From Candidatus Poriferihabitaceae bacterium (GTDB taxonomy: Bacteria > Pseudomonadota > Gammaproteobacteria > Arenicellales > Poriferihabitantaceae): a stretch of 64,000 nucleotides of DNA. The translations under genes were made by a program, and so were the position numbers. The notes under the pieces were generated by a model. The model saw only the letters and a program-made list of their open reading frames with translations, had not been told where the DNA came from and ran no database searches. The DNA is taken from assembly GCA_965204165.1 (NCBI GenBank), contig OZ241969.1, forward strand, positions 4,836,997-4,900,996, given 5' to 3'. The stretch's first letter is position 1, and each line of letters starts with the position of its first letter. This document shows positions 31,045 through 41,946 of the stretch, in pieces.

Positions 31045-32363
31045 GCCGCAAGAATCCCCCCGAACCCAACGAAATCGCGCTGTTCCGGTACCGCGTCATA
31101 GCGACCCTGTTGCCGGAGCCCCATGGCAAGGTGGCGCCGAAGGCCCGGGAGCTGTCGGAGCGGACGTGGGACATCCCGGGATCGGATCGCACCCGGGTGG
31201 CGTCGGAGACCATCCGGGGCTGGCTGCAGGACTACCGCAGGGACGGGTTCGACGCCCTGGTTCCGAAGGCGCGGGCCGATCGCCACGGGCAGCGCCGCCT
31301 GTCCCCGGAGACGGTGGAGGCGCTGGCGGGGCTGAAGCGGGCCGAGCCGCACCTGAGCGTGCGCAGGCTGATCGCGCAGGCCCATGACCGGGGGCTGGTG
31401 CCGCGGTCGGTCCGGCTGCCGCGGTCCACGGTGGGCCGGATGCTGAAGTCGCTGGGCCTGATGGACCCGCCGCCGGGGAACGGTCCCGGGGGCGTCGACC
31501 GTCGGCGCTTCGCCTACGAGTGGGCGGGGGAGCTGTGGCAGTCGGACGTGCTCCACGGCCCCCGGGTCCGGGACCGCCGGGGCCATGCCCGCAAGGTCTA
31601 CCTGATCGCGTTCCTGGACGACGCCACCCGGGTGATCCCCCATGCGGCCTTCGCCTTCTCCGAGAGCGTGGCGGCCTTCCTGCCGGTGTTCCGCCTGGCC
31701 ATCGAGAGGCGTTGCATCCCGGACAGGCTCTATTGCGACAACGGGGCCAATTACCGCTCCAAGGCCCTGGAGATCGTCTGCGCGCGGCTGGGGACCGCAC
31801 TGATCCACGCCAAGCCCTTCCAGCCGGCGGGGAAGGGAAAGATGGAGAGATGGCTCAGGACGGTTCGCCAGCAGTTCCTCTCCGGGCTGGTCCCGGAGGA
31901 CCTCCGGAGCCTCGATGCCCTCAACGGCAAGCTGCAGGCCTGGATCGAGGGGGAGTACCACCGCAATCCCCACCAGGGCCTGGGCGGCCGGACCCCGCTG
32001 GAGCAGTGGGCCCTGTGCGCCTCCGGGGTTCGCCTCGTGGACCCCGGCATGGACCTCGCCGACCTGTTCCTGCTCGAGAAGCGGCGCAAGGTCAGGAAGG
32101 ACCGCACCGTGCACTTCGAGGCCCGCGTCTACGAGGTCGATGCCTGGCTGATCGGGGAGTACGTGATCCTGCGGTACGACCCCGCGGCCCCGCCGTCCCG
32201 GCCCCTGGCCGTGGTCCACCAGGGCAAGGGCGCCGGCATCGCCACGCTGGTCGACATCCACGCCAACGCCCGCATCCGGCGCCGCCCCGCGTCGGACGGC
32301 CTGTCCTTCCGGAACGCCGGTTCCGGTCCCGATCATCCCGAATCATCCGACACGGAGGAATGA
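31041..32363 (+). CDS. DDE transposase (rve core, Mu-like C-terminus)
   Basis: WQSD, FLDDATR, YCDNG, GKGKMERWLRT; N-terminal HTH; GGAGG RBS. Confidence 0.92.
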   Translation: MSRKNPPEPNEIALFRYRVIATLLPEPHGKVAPKARELSERTWDIPGSDRTRVASETIRGWLQDYRRDGFDALVPKARADRHGQRRLSPETVEALAGLKRAEPHLSVRRLIAQAHDRGLVPRSVRLPRSTVGRMLKSLGLMDPPPGNGPGGVDRRRFAYEWAGELWQSDVLHGPRVRDRRGHARKVYLIAFLDDATRVIPHAAFAFSESVAAFLPVFRLAIERRCIPDRLYCDNGANYRSKALEIVCARLGTALIHAKPFQPAGKGKMERWLRTVRQQFLSGLVPEDLRSLDALNGKLQAWIEGEYHRNPHQGLGGRTPLEQWALCASGVRLVDPGMDLADLFLLEKRRKVRKDRTVHFEARVYEVDAWLIGEYVILRYDPAAPPSRPLAVVHQGKGAGIATLVDIHANARIRRRPASDGLSFRNAGSGPDHPESSDTEE

Positions 32364-32364
32364 C

Positions 32365-33165
32365 ATGTACAGGACCCACTTCGCACTCACCCGCTACCCC
32401 TTCGAGCCCTCCATCGGGATCGACGAACTGTTCCCGACCAGGGGGCAGGAGGAGGCCGACGCACGGATCCGCCACCTCCTGGAACTGCGCGGCATCGGCC
32501 TGCTCACCGGCGAGCCCGGCTGCGGCAAGTCCACCGTCTGCCGCCGGATCGCAGGCAACCTCCATCCCGGCCTCTACCGCCACCGGTACATCTCCCTGAC
32601 CACCGGCAGCGTCGTCGACCTCTACACCGCCATCCTGCAGGCCTTCGGGCTGCCCCTGACGAAGCAGCGCGCCCAGGCCTTCCACGCCATCCGCGAGGAA
32701 GTCTCCCGCCAGGTCAAGGACGGCCGCCAGATGCCCTTCCTCGTCATCGACGAGGCCCATCTCCTCGCCGCCGGCCTGCTCGAGGAACTCCGCCTGCTCA
32801 CCAACTACCGCATGGACTCCGACAACCGCCTGTGCCTCCTCCTCGCCGGCCACACCGAGCTGCGAAAGCGCCTCGCCATGGCCGTCTACGAGTCCCTCAG
32901 CCAGCGCGTCGTCGTGCGCTGCCATCTCGACGGCCTCGAACGCGAGGAGGTCACCGGATACCTCGAGCACCGCCTGAAGCTCGCCGGCGCCGCCGTCCCC
33001 CTGTTCCGGGACGAGGCCGTCGAGGCCATCGCACAGGCCACCAACGGCGTCCCCCGGCGCATCGACCGCGTCGCCCACCTCGCCCTGTGCGCCGCCGCCA
33101 TCGGCAAGCGCGACCTGGTGGACACCAGCGACGTCCAGAAGGCCGTCGACGACACCGGGACATGA
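32365..33165 (+). CDS. ExeA/TnsC-like AAA+ ATPase
   Basis: GEPGCGKS, LVIDEAH, SLSQR, GVPRRID. Confidence 0.9.
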   Translation: MYRTHFALTRYPFEPSIGIDELFPTRGQEEADARIRHLLELRGIGLLTGEPGCGKSTVCRRIAGNLHPGLYRHRYISLTTGSVVDLYTAILQAFGLPLTKQRAQAFHAIREEVSRQVKDGRQMPFLVIDEAHLLAAGLLEELRLLTNYRMDSDNRLCLLLAGHTELRKRLAMAVYESLSQRVVVRCHLDGLEREEVTGYLEHRLKLAGAAVPLFRDEAVEAIAQATNGVPRRIDRVAHLALCAAAIGKRDLVDTSDVQKAVDDTGT

Positions 33166-34010
33166 ACCGCTACCATCCGGAGCGGCTGCGCCGCCTGCGC
33201 GACCTCCCGCTCGACACCGTCGCCGCCGCCGTCGGCTACCGCCGGGATCCCCGCGACCGGACCCGCTGGAAGAAGACCGGCAGCGTCATCGGCATCGACG
33301 GAACCCGGTTCTACGACCACCTCCTCCAGCAGGGCGGCGGCGGCGCCATCGACCTGGTCATGCACGCCTGCCGGTGCCAGTTCCCCCGTGCCATCGACGT
33401 CCTCGAGCGGATCGCGCCCCCGGGAACCGTGGAACCCGCCGACGGGGATCGCTGGGCCGCCGTGCGGAAGTACCTGCAGGATCATCGGTCCATCGACGAA
33501 AACCTCGTCGAGCGCTGCCGCCAGGAGGGCATCGTCTCCGCCGACCGCCGCGGGAACGCCGTGTTCGTCATGCGCGGCACCGACGGCGGCACCGTGGGCG
33601 CCGAACTCGTGGGGTTCGACAGCCGATCCGGAAAAACCGTCTTCCGGGGCCTCGCCAGGGGCTCCAGCCGGAAACGCGGCGCCTTCCGGATCACCTGCCC
33701 GACGCGGCCCGACAACCGGGAACCCGTCGGCGGAACCGTCCTCATCGTCGAGTCCGCCATCGACGCCCTGTCCGCATGGCTCCTGCCCCTGTCCCGCAAA
33801 CCCGACTGCATCCTGTCCACCGCCGGGGCCACCGCCAGACTGCCCCCGTGGCTCCATGACCCCCGCGTCCGCACCATCCTGTGCGGGTACGACGCCGACC
33901 CCACCGGGGACCGGTGCGCCGAATCCCTCCGGACGGACCCACGCGTCGTGCGAATCCGCCCCGAGGGCGTCAAGGACTGGAACGACCTGCTCCGGGCCAC
34001 CGTCTTCTGA
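33162..34010 (+). CDS. DUF3991/Toprim primase-like protein
   Basis: GGGAIDLVMH, LIVESAIDALS, YDADPTG, KDWNDLL; ATGA overlap with the ATPase. Confidence 0.85.
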   Translation: MNRYHPERLRRLRDLPLDTVAAAVGYRRDPRDRTRWKKTGSVIGIDGTRFYDHLLQQGGGGAIDLVMHACRCQFPRAIDVLERIAPPGTVEPADGDRWAAVRKYLQDHRSIDENLVERCRQEGIVSADRRGNAVFVMRGTDGGTVGAELVGFDSRSGKTVFRGLARGSSRKRGAFRITCPTRPDNREPVGGTVLIVESAIDALSAWLLPLSRKPDCILSTAGATARLPPWLHDPRVRTILCGYDADPTGDRCAESLRTDPRVVRIRPEGVKDWNDLLRATVF

Positions 34011-37000
34011 ATCCCGGGCGGGACCGCGGCCTTCCCGGCCCTGGCGCGCTTCTCCTCAGGCTTCCTGAAAACTGCCGGGAAGAAATCCCGAAATAATCCG
34101 GGCCAGAAATAAAGTTGGCACAATCCAGGCCAAACCGTCCCACTTGCCTTCCAGATAATCCGGGACAGCCAGGTTCAAATTATGTGAGTCCTAACATCCA
34201 GCGCTCTGCCAAAAGCACGCTCAATTCCGCTTTAGCCTTCTCCCGCGGGCGCCGGACGCGCGCAGGCACCACAGCCAGGTCATGGTGCTCCGCCATTTCC
34301 TGGTAGGTGGGGTTGATGTCGGGCTCGTACCGGTGGGCCTTCACCACCGCGGACCGCAGGTTGTCGGGCACGACAATCTCGGGACAGCCACCCATCCAGG
34401 AGAAGCAGTTCTGGTGGGACGTGATCCAGTCTTCCAGTCCCTGGGTCCAGGTGACCTCGGCATAGGTGTAGCCCGACGCACCCAGCGCCGCCACGAAGAG
34501 CTGGGCCTGGCGCTCCTCCCCCGTGGACGGGTCGATGATCCCCACCGTCATGCCGGCGTAGTCCACGAACAGCTTCTCACCCGCCTTGTGGTCCTGCCGC
34601 ATCACCAGATCCAGCTTGCCGGCCCACTTGCGGTAGTGCCGGCAGAACCAGGAATACTCGTATCCCTCGGGGTTCCCCTCCCGGTACTCGTCCCACAGCA
34701 GTTGCAGGGTCACGCCCTTGCGACGGAGCTCCTTGTGGATGTACACCCAGTCCGGGACCCCCCGCTTCCTGGCCAGCCGCCGGGGCTCCGGCGGTGGAAA
34801 CAGGCGCCGCTCGAGATCGGCGTCGTTCAGATTATCCGGAAGTGGCCACGAAAGCCCCTCCTGGTCCAGCCGCAACAGATAGTTGCTGACCGTGGTGTGG
34901 CTGATCCTGCAGATCCTGCCGATTTCCCGGTTGCTCAACCCTTGCTGGTTCAGCCTCAGGATTTCCTTGATTTTTCGCATGGATAGACTCTTGTGTGGCA
35001 TGGGCGCCTCCTCGTTGAAAAGGCGGGCACCATACCGGGTTGTCAATCATGCGTCGTTCGGCTCCGATGGGAGTGTATGCCTTGGTGAAAGTGGCAACTT
35101 TCACCGTGGAATGAGTGGCAACTTTGCCGTGGAATCGGTGGCAACTTTCAGCGTGGAATGGGTGGCAACTTTGCCGTGGAATACCCAGCCTGTCCCGATC
35201 GTCCCGCCCATCCGGTTGAATTCGCCGGATTCCCCGTCGGCCGACGCCCTCTCCGTCATCGAAACGCATCCGGACGTCTACAACACGGGGCTGACCCGGG
35301 CGCGCGGCTGTCGCCGGACGATGGAGTGCGCCGAACACCACACCCCTGACCGGAAGACGGTCCGGTTCGCCCTGAGCCGGAAAAACCCGTTTCCGCACAC
35401 GCCCCGTATTTCGGCATCACCGGGGCCTGACGCGCAGGACCGGCAGGGCGCCGGCGGCGCCCCGCCATGTCCGGACTACCAGCGGACCACGCCCCTCAGC
35501 AGCACGCCGTGCCTCGCGTCCCCGTCCGCGGGCTCGTTCCGCACCGCGTCCAGGCTGAGACCGATGCGCGGCCCTTCCGTCCGGACCGGCTCCAGCCGCC
35601 AGCCCACGCGCCAGTCGGTCGCCCCGCCGTCCGCGCCTGAAAAACCCACGTTCGGCGTGCCCGTGTACCGGCCCCCCGACACCGCAATCCCGTAGCCCGC
35701 CTCGGCGCGGAGACCCCGGCCCGCCTCGAACTCTCCTCCAGGCGCCAGCTCCCGCGCGTCCCTCGCGCCCCACAGACGGTCCGCCGAACCCGAAGGCGTC
35801 CCGAAGGTCGGCGACAGGCTGAACGACAGACCCCGGCCACGCTCGCCCGGGTCCAGCCGCACCGTGGCCGACGCGCCCCATTCCTCGTAATCCGAATCCG
35901 CGTGGGACGCCAGCACCCGCGCCTTCGCCTCCAGCGACAGGCCCGTGGCCGGGTTGGCGTAGCTCACGCCCGCGCCGATCTCCACGCCCGTCCCCGTCTC
36001 CGCGTCCCCGCCGTCATGGCGAAGGCCCAGTTCCAGCACGGGCCGGAGCGTCCTGCCTTCATCGAGCCAGAACGTCCGCCCGCCCTCCAGCAGCACCCGC
36101 ACCCGGTTTGTTTTCGCTTCAGTCGCCACGGAGTTCGCGGCCGTGGCGGAGTCCGTCCGCACGTACAGCGCGTCCGCCTTCAGCGCGAGGTCCATGCCGC
36201 CTTTCCCGTATTTTCCGTCTTTCCCGCCCTGCTCCAGCAGCGCGCCCCGGGCCCCCAGGGCGCCCATCCGCATCGACAGGTCCGTCCTCACCGGGGCCGT
36301 GCCGTCGTCGAACGTGATCGCCATGTCGCCGGTGCCCCAGCCCACCAGGCCCCAGGCCGACACCCGGTCCGTGATTTCGTAGCGGCCGTAGGGGCTCACC
36401 GTGGTCATCGCGCTCTCCAGGCTGCCCTTCGCCCCCGTCTGGGCGCCGGAGTCGTCGAACGTGCCCTCGCCCTCGCTCAGGCCGATCGCCACCCCGGCCA
36501 GCATCCGGCCCCAGTCGGCGTCCGTCCCCAGGGTCCCCGTCGTCACCTCGCCGTCGATGCCGAGGCGGCCGCTGTCGGAAGCCCGCTCGCCGTCGAACCC
36601 GCCATGCGCCACCCGGCCCCAGGCCGCGAGGCCCGGGCCCGAGCCGTCCATCCGGCCCGCCGTGTGGAACGAACTGCCCAGCAGCATTTCGCGGCCCGTC
36701 ATCGAGATCTTGCCCGTGTTTCCTGCTGTTCCCGCAAGGCCGGAATCATTCCAGCGGTCCCCGGCGCCGAGCCGCGCGAACGGATCATGATCGTCCGCCT
36801 GCGCCGGCGAACCGGAACGCTGCGCAAGGCCCGTCAGCACGTCCATCAGCGGATCGCCGTCCTCCCCGCCCGACAGGTCCAGGGGCTGGCCCGCCAGCGT
36901 CGCGTGGGTCCCCGGCGCGAGGTCGCCCTCCAGCCTGCCGGACACCGCGTCCGCCACGTGGCTCCCCGCCGTGCGCCCGAACCGCGACAGCCACGCCCGC

Positions 37001-38467
37001 TGCAGCTCGTCGTCGTTCCTGACGACCCCCTTCGCCTCGCGGTGGATCTTGCGCAGGTACGCCCCCCGCGGGTTCGAGAGCTTCAGCCCGAACGTCTCCT
37101 TGCCCTCGTCGATGGCGTCGTCGAGGATCGCCACGCTCACCGTCTTCGCCGTCTCGCCCGCCGCGAAGGTCAGGGTGCCCGACGTCGCCGTGTAGTCCTC
37201 GCCCGCCGTGGCCGTGCCGTCGGCGGTCGCGTAGTCCACCGAGACCGCGCCCGACGCCGCGCGGCTCAGCGTCACCGCGAAGTCGAGGCTCGCGTCCTTG
37301 CCTTCCTTCGCCCGCGCGTCCTGGGCCCGGATGCGCGCCGGGCCCCGGACCTTCGCCGACGCCCCGCCGAGCGCGATCTTCACGTCCTTCCAGGACTCCG
37401 GCTTGACGCGCACCCGCCACAGCACCGGGTCCAGCGGCTCCACGCCCGTCACCTTCCCGGCCGTCACCTTGAACGCGTCGGGAGCGGGCTTCGAGCCCGA
37501 CTGCACGTCCAGCGCGAACGCCGTCCGCCCGTCATGCTCCGCCGGGACCTTGCCGAACTCTACCGCCACGGTCTGGGTTGCCGCCCGCGGCGTCGTCTGC
37601 TCGCCCTTCACCCGGACCCACCCGCTCGAGTGCTCGCTGCGCTCCGACCGCAGCCGGCCCACGAAGGCGCGCACGAACACCCCGGTCGCCACGCCGTTCC
37701 TCAGCCCGGTGATGGTGTAGCCGTTCACACCGGCCTCCACGGCAACGCCGTTGTTGCCCGACGGGTTGGCCCACACGCCCGCCTCCTGGCTCCAGCGCAG
37801 CGCGTGCTGCACCCGCTCCGCAGCGACGCGCGGGTGCGCCACCGCCGTCCAGTTCACCGTCAGGCTGCCGTCGCCCGGCACCACCCGCACGTCGGCCGGC
37901 TCCGGCGTGACCAACACCTCCTGCTGCTGCTGCGGACCCGCCGCGACCCTCGCACTCGACGTGTTCGACAGCGACCGCCCGTCCGGCGTGCACACCGCGC
38001 CCGACGGCTCGTCGTCGCAGTCCCGCCCGCCAGCGAGCGTCACCGTCACGTCGCTCGGCGACGTCGGCCGCACCGTGACCCGCCACAGCCCGGCGCCGAT
38101 CTGCTCAACGCCCGTCACCCGGCCCTGCGTCACCGCGAACGACCACAAGCGCGGCGACCGGCTGAAACTCCCCACCGTCTCGCTCAGACGCACCCGGAAC
38201 GCGAACTCCGTGCCGTCATGCTCCTCCGGCACGTCCTCGAAGACCGCCGTCAGCGGGTCGCCCTGCTGCTCCCCGCCGGAGCCCGGCCCCTCGCCGCCCT
38301 CGAATTCCGCGGTCCCGGACCCGCCGCCGTAGGCGCTGCCGACGTTGATGTCGTACGTCACCGACGACCTCCCCCGCGGCAGGTACACGGTGACCTGGTT
38401 TGTCATTATCTGGTTCTCCACGTCCTTCGGGACTCCGAGAAGGCACAGGTTGAACGTGGTGCTCCGC

Positions 38468-40087
38468 CAGCAATTCCCGCCATCATCTGTAGTCCAATAA
38501 AGACGTGGGTTTGAGGCGGTGCTGGGGGAAGGCGGTTCGCAGACTTTTCCTGAAAAGGCGGTATGATCCGTCTGATTTCACGATATCGGATGATCTGTCA
38601 TGTCGAAAGCCGTGTTTCGCAAGACCCTGAGCGTTCCGGGTCTGCTTCGGGTGGTGCGTGGGCATTTTGATCGCATTGAGGATCCCATCGTGAGCCGGGG
38701 CCTGGCACTGACGGACTGCCTGATGTCGGGTCTGGCGGTATTCGCGCTGAAGTACCCGTCGCTGCTGAGTTTCGAGCAGGACGCACGGGACGAGGGCCGG
38801 ATCCGGTCGAACCTCAGGGAACTGTACGGGGTTGGCCGCGCGCCGTCGGACACGGCGATGCGCGAGCGCCTGGACCTGGTGGACCCGCGTGCGCTGCGGG
38901 GTGCCTTCAAGGGTGTGTTCGCGGCCCTTCAGCGTGGCAAGGGTCTGGAGGGTTTCACCTGGCTGGGCCATCATCTGCTGTCGGTGGACGGGACGGGGTA
39001 CTTCTCGTCGAAGAGTGTGCATTGCGACCATTGCTGCGAGAAACATCACCGTGACGGCAGCACCACCTGGTACCACCAGATGCTGGGGGCGGTACTGGTC
39101 CACCCGGAGCACCGGGAGGTGTTCCCGCTGGCGCCGGAACCGATCATGCGTTCGGACGGTTCGCGGAAGAACGACTGCGAGCGCAACGCGGCGAAGCGTC
39201 TGCTGCGTGACGTCCGTCGCGAGCATCCGCACCTGAAGCTGCTGGTGGTGGAGGATGCGCTGGCGTCGAACGGGCCGCACATCCGGCTGCTGGGGGAACT
39301 GGACATGCGGTATGTCCTGGGCGTGAAGCCGGGGGACCATGGGGAACTGTTCCGCCGTGTCGAGGCCTCGGCGGCGACCCGTACCGTGGAGAGGTCGGAA
39401 GGGGGCGGCAGCCGTTTCCGGTTCCGGTTTCTGAACGGCGTACCGCTGAACCAGGCGAACCCCGATCTGGCAGTGAACTTCCTGGCGTGCCGGGAGACCC
39501 GCCCCGATGGCCGGGAACTGCACTTCTCCTGGGTCACGGACATGGAGGTCACGGAATCGAACGCGCATGACCTGATGCGGGCCGGACGCGCCCGTTGGCG
39601 CATCGAGAACGAGACGTTCAACACCCTGAAGAACCAAGGCTACGGCTTCGAGCACAACTTTGGTCACGGCAAGCGGCATCTGGCGACGGTGTTCGCCCAC
39701 CTGACGATGCTGGCGTTCCTCATCGACCAGGTGCAGCAGCGGTGCTGTGCGCTGTTCCGGGCGGCCCGGGAGAAGGCGGGCGGTTCGAAATACCTGTGGG
39801 TGCGGTTGCGCGGGCTGTTCACGGAGTTCTACATTCCGGACTGGGAGACCCTGTACCGGGCGATCGCGTTCGGGCACCGGAAGACGGAGTTGGTGCCCTT
39901 CGACACTTCCTGACCCGGCGGCCGTGTCCGAATATGCAACGGGCCGGTTCTTCGGGGAATCATGTGGCCAGCAGACAATCCGGCACACCGCCCGGAGGGG
40001 GTTCCCTCCCCGCGTAGTCGGGGAACAGGGGCTCAAACCATGAAATCCGCCGAATCCAATCCGTGATAGAATTAGCGGGAATTGCTG
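38468..40087 (+). mobile_element. ISNCY (ISDol1-like) element
   Basis: IR CAGCAATTCCCGC at both ends; 9-bp TSD GTGCTCCGC. Confidence 0.93.
38600..39913 (+). CDS. DDE transposase (ISNCY/ISDol1-like)
   Basis: SVDGTG, KNDCERNAA, VEDAL, RWRIENETFNTLKNQGY. Confidence 0.92.
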   Translation: MSKAVFRKTLSVPGLLRVVRGHFDRIEDPIVSRGLALTDCLMSGLAVFALKYPSLLSFEQDARDEGRIRSNLRELYGVGRAPSDTAMRERLDLVDPRALRGAFKGVFAALQRGKGLEGFTWLGHHLLSVDGTGYFSSKSVHCDHCCEKHHRDGSTTWYHQMLGAVLVHPEHREVFPLAPEPIMRSDGSRKNDCERNAAKRLLRDVRREHPHLKLLVVEDALASNGPHIRLLGELDMRYVLGVKPGDHGELFRRVEASAATRTVERSEGGGSRFRFRFLNGVPLNQANPDLAVNFLACRETRPDGRELHFSWVTDMEVTESNAHDLMRAGRARWRIENETFNTLKNQGYGFEHNFGHGKRHLATVFAHLTMLAFLIDQVQQRCCALFRAAREKAGGSKYLWVRLRGLFTEFYIPDWETLYRAIAFGHRKTELVPFDTS

Positions 40088-41441
40088 GTGCTCCGCTGCC
40101 CCGCCTGGATGTAGGCCATCGGATACTTGCGATCGGAATTCAGGAAGACCGGGTCCCACGCATCCATCGGATCGCAATGGCTTACCAGGTCGGGATCCCT
40201 CACGTCCGTCCACACACGGCTGCCGACCCTGCCGTACGTGCCCAGGGATATGATGGTCTCCGCGGCGACCGCCGTGGGCACCGATACGGTCACCGTGTGG
40301 GTGCGCGGCGCCGGGCTCGTCACGGTCACGGTCACAGGCTCCGGCACCTCGACCACGGCCAGAGTCACCGCGAAGTTGCTCGCCCACACGGCGGGGTTTC
40401 TTTGTGGGTCGGTGGGGTGTGGATGACCGTAGGAGCCCCAGCGCATGTCGTCGACGGGCCAGGAGGCGGTGGCCGAAGTGCCACTGGCGGTCAGATTCCT
40501 CAGGGGGAACCGCCTTTCGGCGCCAGCGGGATACTTGACGATCAGCATCAGCGACCTTGCAGCGGTGATCGCGGCGGCGCTGCCCGAGCTCAAGCCCGCG
40601 AACACAGTGCCGTTGCGGTGATAGAAATCGCTGATGGTGTAGGTATTGCCCGCGTAAGTGAACCTGTTGGCGCCCATCGCGAGGGGGCAAGTGCCCCCCG
40701 ACACACCGGTCCTGCAGCCGGACGAGTCCGTGCCCCATCGCGTCGGCTCGAGGGCCTTCGCCGCCATCGTGGTGGACCAGATCTGGTTCTTGTCGTGATG
40801 CCGGGTTCCGTCCGGCCAAGTCCACGGCGACTTCGCCGGAATCTCCAGCTTCACCGCGACCTGCTGGCCGTCGGTCCATTGCGGGTCGACATACCAGTTG
40901 TGCCAACCGGTATCGCTAAATCTAACAACTCCACCAACGGGTAGCCGCACAGTGCCGAGATGCAACACCATCCCGTCAAACTTCGACCCTGCTCTCGGGG
41001 CCCCTGCAGGCGAGCCCGGTACTTCTACCCCGCGCAACTGCAACGATACCCGACCATTGTTGTAATAAAGGTTGTTGACGGTATAATCCTCACCGTTGTG
41101 CTCGAGTTCATCTTCCGTGAGCGCCGAGGAGCAGCCAGTGCCATCGCAGCCGAGATACGCCCCGTCGTCGTCGATATCATCGACTGTCAGCGTCGCCGAC
41201 CAGACGGTGGTCTGCGCCGCGGCGGGCGCGGCCGCGAACAGGCCGAGCGCCCCGAGCAGCAGCGCGAGGACGGGGAGGCGGGCGGGGCGGCGCCATGCGG
41301 ACGCTGACCGGCGCGAGACCGCCGGAGCGGCGCCATGGCCGCCGGTCGGTCCGGATGAAGGGGAGAGGGGGTTGCGTGCGCGCCCGCCAGCGGCGGCGGC
41401 CGGTTCAGGCGGGCCGGCCTCGCGCCGGACGCACCTCATGC

Positions 41442-41511
41442 CGCTGGCCGCTGGCCGCTGGCCGCTGGCCGCTGGCCGCTGGCCGCTGGCCGCTGGCCGC
41501 TGGCCGCTGGC
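41442..41511 (-). repeat. heptamer repeat (GCCAGCG)10
   Basis: 70 bp perfect repeat in the same position relative to the adhesin-2 ATG (41439). Confidence 0.97.
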
Positions 41512-41946
41512 AAGGCATTTTATCGGCTCCGTCCGGCCTGTCAACTCCCTCCCGTGACTTTGTTCTTCCCATATCCGGGACGGCGAAATCCACCGCCGGG
41601 GCCGGGTGGCCCGCGGCCATGGAGCCCGGTTGCCGGACGCGTTCTTCTGGCATTGGATCTGTCATTTCGGTTTCTCCCGGTGTGGAGGCTGCAGGCATCG
41701 TTGCGGTCATCAGCATCAGCTCTTCATTCGAAGGACTTGCAAAATTGCCTGAGTGAGCGGGGTTTCGACCGCCAGCAGGCGATTTTCGAAGCAGGGCCAA
41801 GGGGTCGGACGGTGGTATAGTGAGTTCTTGTCCAACACACTGGTTCACCGCACAACCCGATACCCCGTGCGACGACTATATCCAACCTCCGCTACCTTTT
41901 CAAGACTGACTGACTGACTGATGAACTTTTTTCCGTTATCAATATA

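Larger units (their letters stand above)
30092..34196 (+). mobile_element. 4.1-kb four-gene DDE transposon (Mu/Tn552/IS481-like) with a Toprim gene
   Basis: TGTTA...TAACA ends, 5-bp TSD TCCAG (30087-30091, 34197-34201), repeated subterminal motifs at both ends. Confidence 0.88.
29347..35001 (-). pseudogene. istA: IS21 transposase IstA split by insertion 30092-34196
   Basis: N-part MPHKSLSMRKIKEILRL...VDYAG...PDN...ERW joins in frame with ILAALRNR...RGPSYYH; 514 aa when rejoined. Confidence 0.93.
28155..35187 (-). mobile_element. IS21-family element interrupted by a nested transposon
   Basis: TG...CA ends with multiple AAAGTTGCCAC repeats in inverted orientation; flanks GCCTGTT/GCCTGTC; istA and istB inside. 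Confidence 0.9.
35476..41439 (-). pseudogene. second giant autotransporter-like adhesin (FN3, Calx-beta, barrel), split by an ISNCY element
   Basis: Signal peptide ...AAPAAA|QTTVWSATLTV; Calx-beta [16 protein letters not shown]; barrel ends in W. Removing the IS and one TSD restores a 1444-aa frame. Confidence 0.9.

Noticed and set aside
35902-38514. 870-aa plus-strand ORF (likewise 7520-9139, 9313-10887, 17570-19804, 19877-21616, 38483-40906)
   Set aside because: Antisense or alternate-frame shadows of recognisable genes. Only a short part of 19877-21616 is a real barrel fragment.
41730-41946. Possible IS1380-like left-end remnant and a (GACT)4 tract
   Set aside because: Too short to support by eye; no transposase or TSD.
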